A stretch of 62,356 nt of DNA, the filler included, from Dehalococcoidia bacterium (GTDB lineage Bacteria > Chloroflexota > Dehalococcoidia > DSTF01 > JACRBR01), in assembly GCA_041494685.1 (NCBI GenBank). It is 2 parts of 2 records of this genome, joined end to end, with 100 filler letters (N's around TTAATTAATTAA, not from the genome) between each part and the next. Parts side by side here need not be neighbours in the genome. Positions count along the whole stretch, not along the records: positions 31,284 to 62,356 come from JBGQBE010000041.1; 1 more part is not named here. One strand, written 5' to 3'. The notes beneath the pieces were generated by a model, which was not told the DNA's origin, ran no database searches, and saw only the letters and a program-made list of their open reading frames with translations. Below are positions 60,998 through 62,356 of this stretch, piece after piece; the first letter of the stretch is position 1; each line of letters opens with the position of its first letter. The position numbers were made by a program, and so were the translations under genes.

Positions 60998-62356
60998 TTA
61001 CTTGACAGGGAGGCCGGGGAATCCGGTCAGCCGAACCGGACGCGCAACGCCGTCCAGCGCATGCATCGCGCCGACCGTGCGGAACAGCAGCCTGACCATG
61101 TGGCGTATCAGCTCGAAGGTCGTGCGTCCCGGCGGCGATGGCGGCTCAGCGCCGCACGGCGCAGCTCGCACGTACCGCGGCTTCAGCATCTGCGGCCCGA
61201 TCTGCTGCCAGTACAGATCGGCGATCAGCTGGTGCCCGCCGTCATTCGGGTGGATGCCGTCCGACGAAATGAAGGACGGCCGACCCTTCATGGCCTCCCA
61301 GATGTCCGCCACTGGGATACCGCGCTTCGCGGCCTCCTCACGGATCACCTCGCTGATGGCGGAGGCGCGAGTGTAGGCCAGGCCGTCTCCCGGCCAGTGG
61401 AGCCACGGCGTCGTGCCCACAACGACGATCGCCCCTGAGCCCTGCAGGCAGTCCAGCATCAGGCCGTACACACTCCGGTAGGTGGCGATCGGCGATATCT
61501 GATCTTCGAGCGCCGAGTGCACGCCCACTTCTACCACAATCAGATCCGGCTTCCCGCGCAGCACCTCGCGGGTGTTCTGCAGATCGCCGTGCAACCCGCC
61601 GAAAGCGGAGACCACAACCTGGGAGCTGCCCAACCTCGACTCTGACGACAGGCGTTGGCGCAATATCGAAACGAATCCTTGATCGCCGCCGCTGGCTCCG
61701 GCGCCGAGGGTCACACTGTCGCCGAAGAACACGACGTCCAGCCGGGCACGCTGCTCATGCAGCGTGGGCTCCGCGGACGCGCCGCTCGGCGCGGTCGGCG
61801 ATGGAAGAAGACCGGCTTTCTGGAGTGCGTCGGCCGCGCGCAGCACGTCGATCAGCGCCGGCGTCGGCTCCGCACGCGGTGCTGCGCTCGTGTGCCCCGG
61901 AAGCAGTCCCGCCTTGTTCAGCTCGTCCGCCGCGCGCAGCACGTCGATCAGCGCCGGCTCCGCACGCGACTCCGCGTTCCCCTGTCCCGCGTTCCAGGCG
62001 GCCTGCAGCAGCCCCGCCTTGTTCGGTTTGCCCGCCCCACGCAGCACGTCGATCAGCGCCGGCGTCCGCTTCGCACGCGGCACTGCGCTCGTCTGCCCCG
62101 GCAGCAGCCCCGCCTTGTTCAATGCGTCCGCCGCGCGCAGCACGTCGATCAGCGCCGGCTCCGTACGCGGCTCCGCGTTCCCCTGTCCCGCGTTCCAGGC
62201 GGCCTGCAGCAGTCCCGCCTTCTTCGGCGCGCCCGCCCCACGCAGCACGTCGATCAGCGCCGGCGTCCGCTCCGCACGCGGCACCCTGCTCGCCTGTCCC
62301 GGCAGCAGCCCCGCCTTGTTCAATGCGTCCGCCGCGCGCAGCACGTCGATCAGCGC
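60998..62356 (-). CDS. SGNH/GDSL hydrolase with N-terminal tandem repeats (5' end outside the window)
   Basis: VFFGDSVTLG, KPDLIVVEVG, DGIHPNDGGH; the frame stays open through the repeats. Confidence 0.85.
   Translation of the reverse strand, partial: ALIDVLRAADALNKAGLLPGQASRVPRAERTPALIDVLRGAGAPKKAGLLQAAWNAGQGNAEPRTEPALIDVLRAADALNKAGLLPGQTSAVPRAKRTPALIDVLRGAGKPNKAGLLQAAWNAGQGNAESRAEPALIDVLRAADELNKAGLLPGHTSAAPRAEPTPALIDVLRAADALQKAGLLPSPTAPSGASAEPTLHEQRARLDVVFFGDSVTLGAGASGGDQGFVSILRQRLSSESRLGSSQVVVSAFGGLHGDLQNTREVLRGKPDLIVVEVGVHSALEDQISPIATYRSVYGLMLDCLQGSGAIVVVGTTPWLHWPGDGLAYTRASAISEVIREEAAKRGIPVADIWEAMKGRPSFISSDGIHPNDGGHQLIADLYWQQIGPQMLKPRYVRAAPCGAEPPSPPGRTTFELIRHMVRLLFRTVGAMHALDGVARPVRLTGFPGLPVK
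61801..62356. repeat. In-frame tandem repeat array with alternating 96/105-bp units
   Basis: Core CGCAGCACGTCGATCAGCGC at 61839, 61935, 62040, 62136, 62241 and 62337. Confidence 0.95.

Noticed and set aside
61801..62356. Regularly spaced 24-bp repeats as a CRISPR array
   Set aside because: The intervening sequences are near-identical alternating units, all periods are multiples of 3, the frame is open and no cas genes are present.

Overview
High-GC bacterial sequence, inferred to be Chloroflexota (Dehalococcoidia-like) from gene content, class F sortases, many leaderless genes and intergenic heptamer repeats. It is two contigs joined by an artificial 100-nt N/TTAATTAATTAA/N linker (31184-31283), so synteny across that point means nothing. 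Contig 1 begins with core genes (plsX, methyltransferase, tRNA-Pro, flippase-like protein, LLM monooxygenase). It then has an atypical tRNA-Tyr(GUA) with C1:G72 and no variable arm, which is the insertion site of a decayed integrative element: tyrosine integrase, Zn-finger regulator, excisionase, broken replication initiator and ParB-DNA methylase. After that come about 21 kb of mosaic cargo with many gene fragments. Contig 2 is mostly housekeeping (oppAB, ccr, citrate synthase, speD, plsY, lysA, tsaB, ndk, gyrA). It ends in a cell-surface locus with three tandem class F sortases beside a PPSTG-anchored Ig-like protein, a caspase/CHAT-like protein, a frameshifted pilin-like gene and a tandem-repeat SGNH hydrolase. 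The best novelty candidates are the archaeal-type tRNA-Tyr, a putative leader-peptide attenuator upstream of speD, and the triple-sortase/PPSTG surface system. All calls come from reading motifs by eye; no searches were run.
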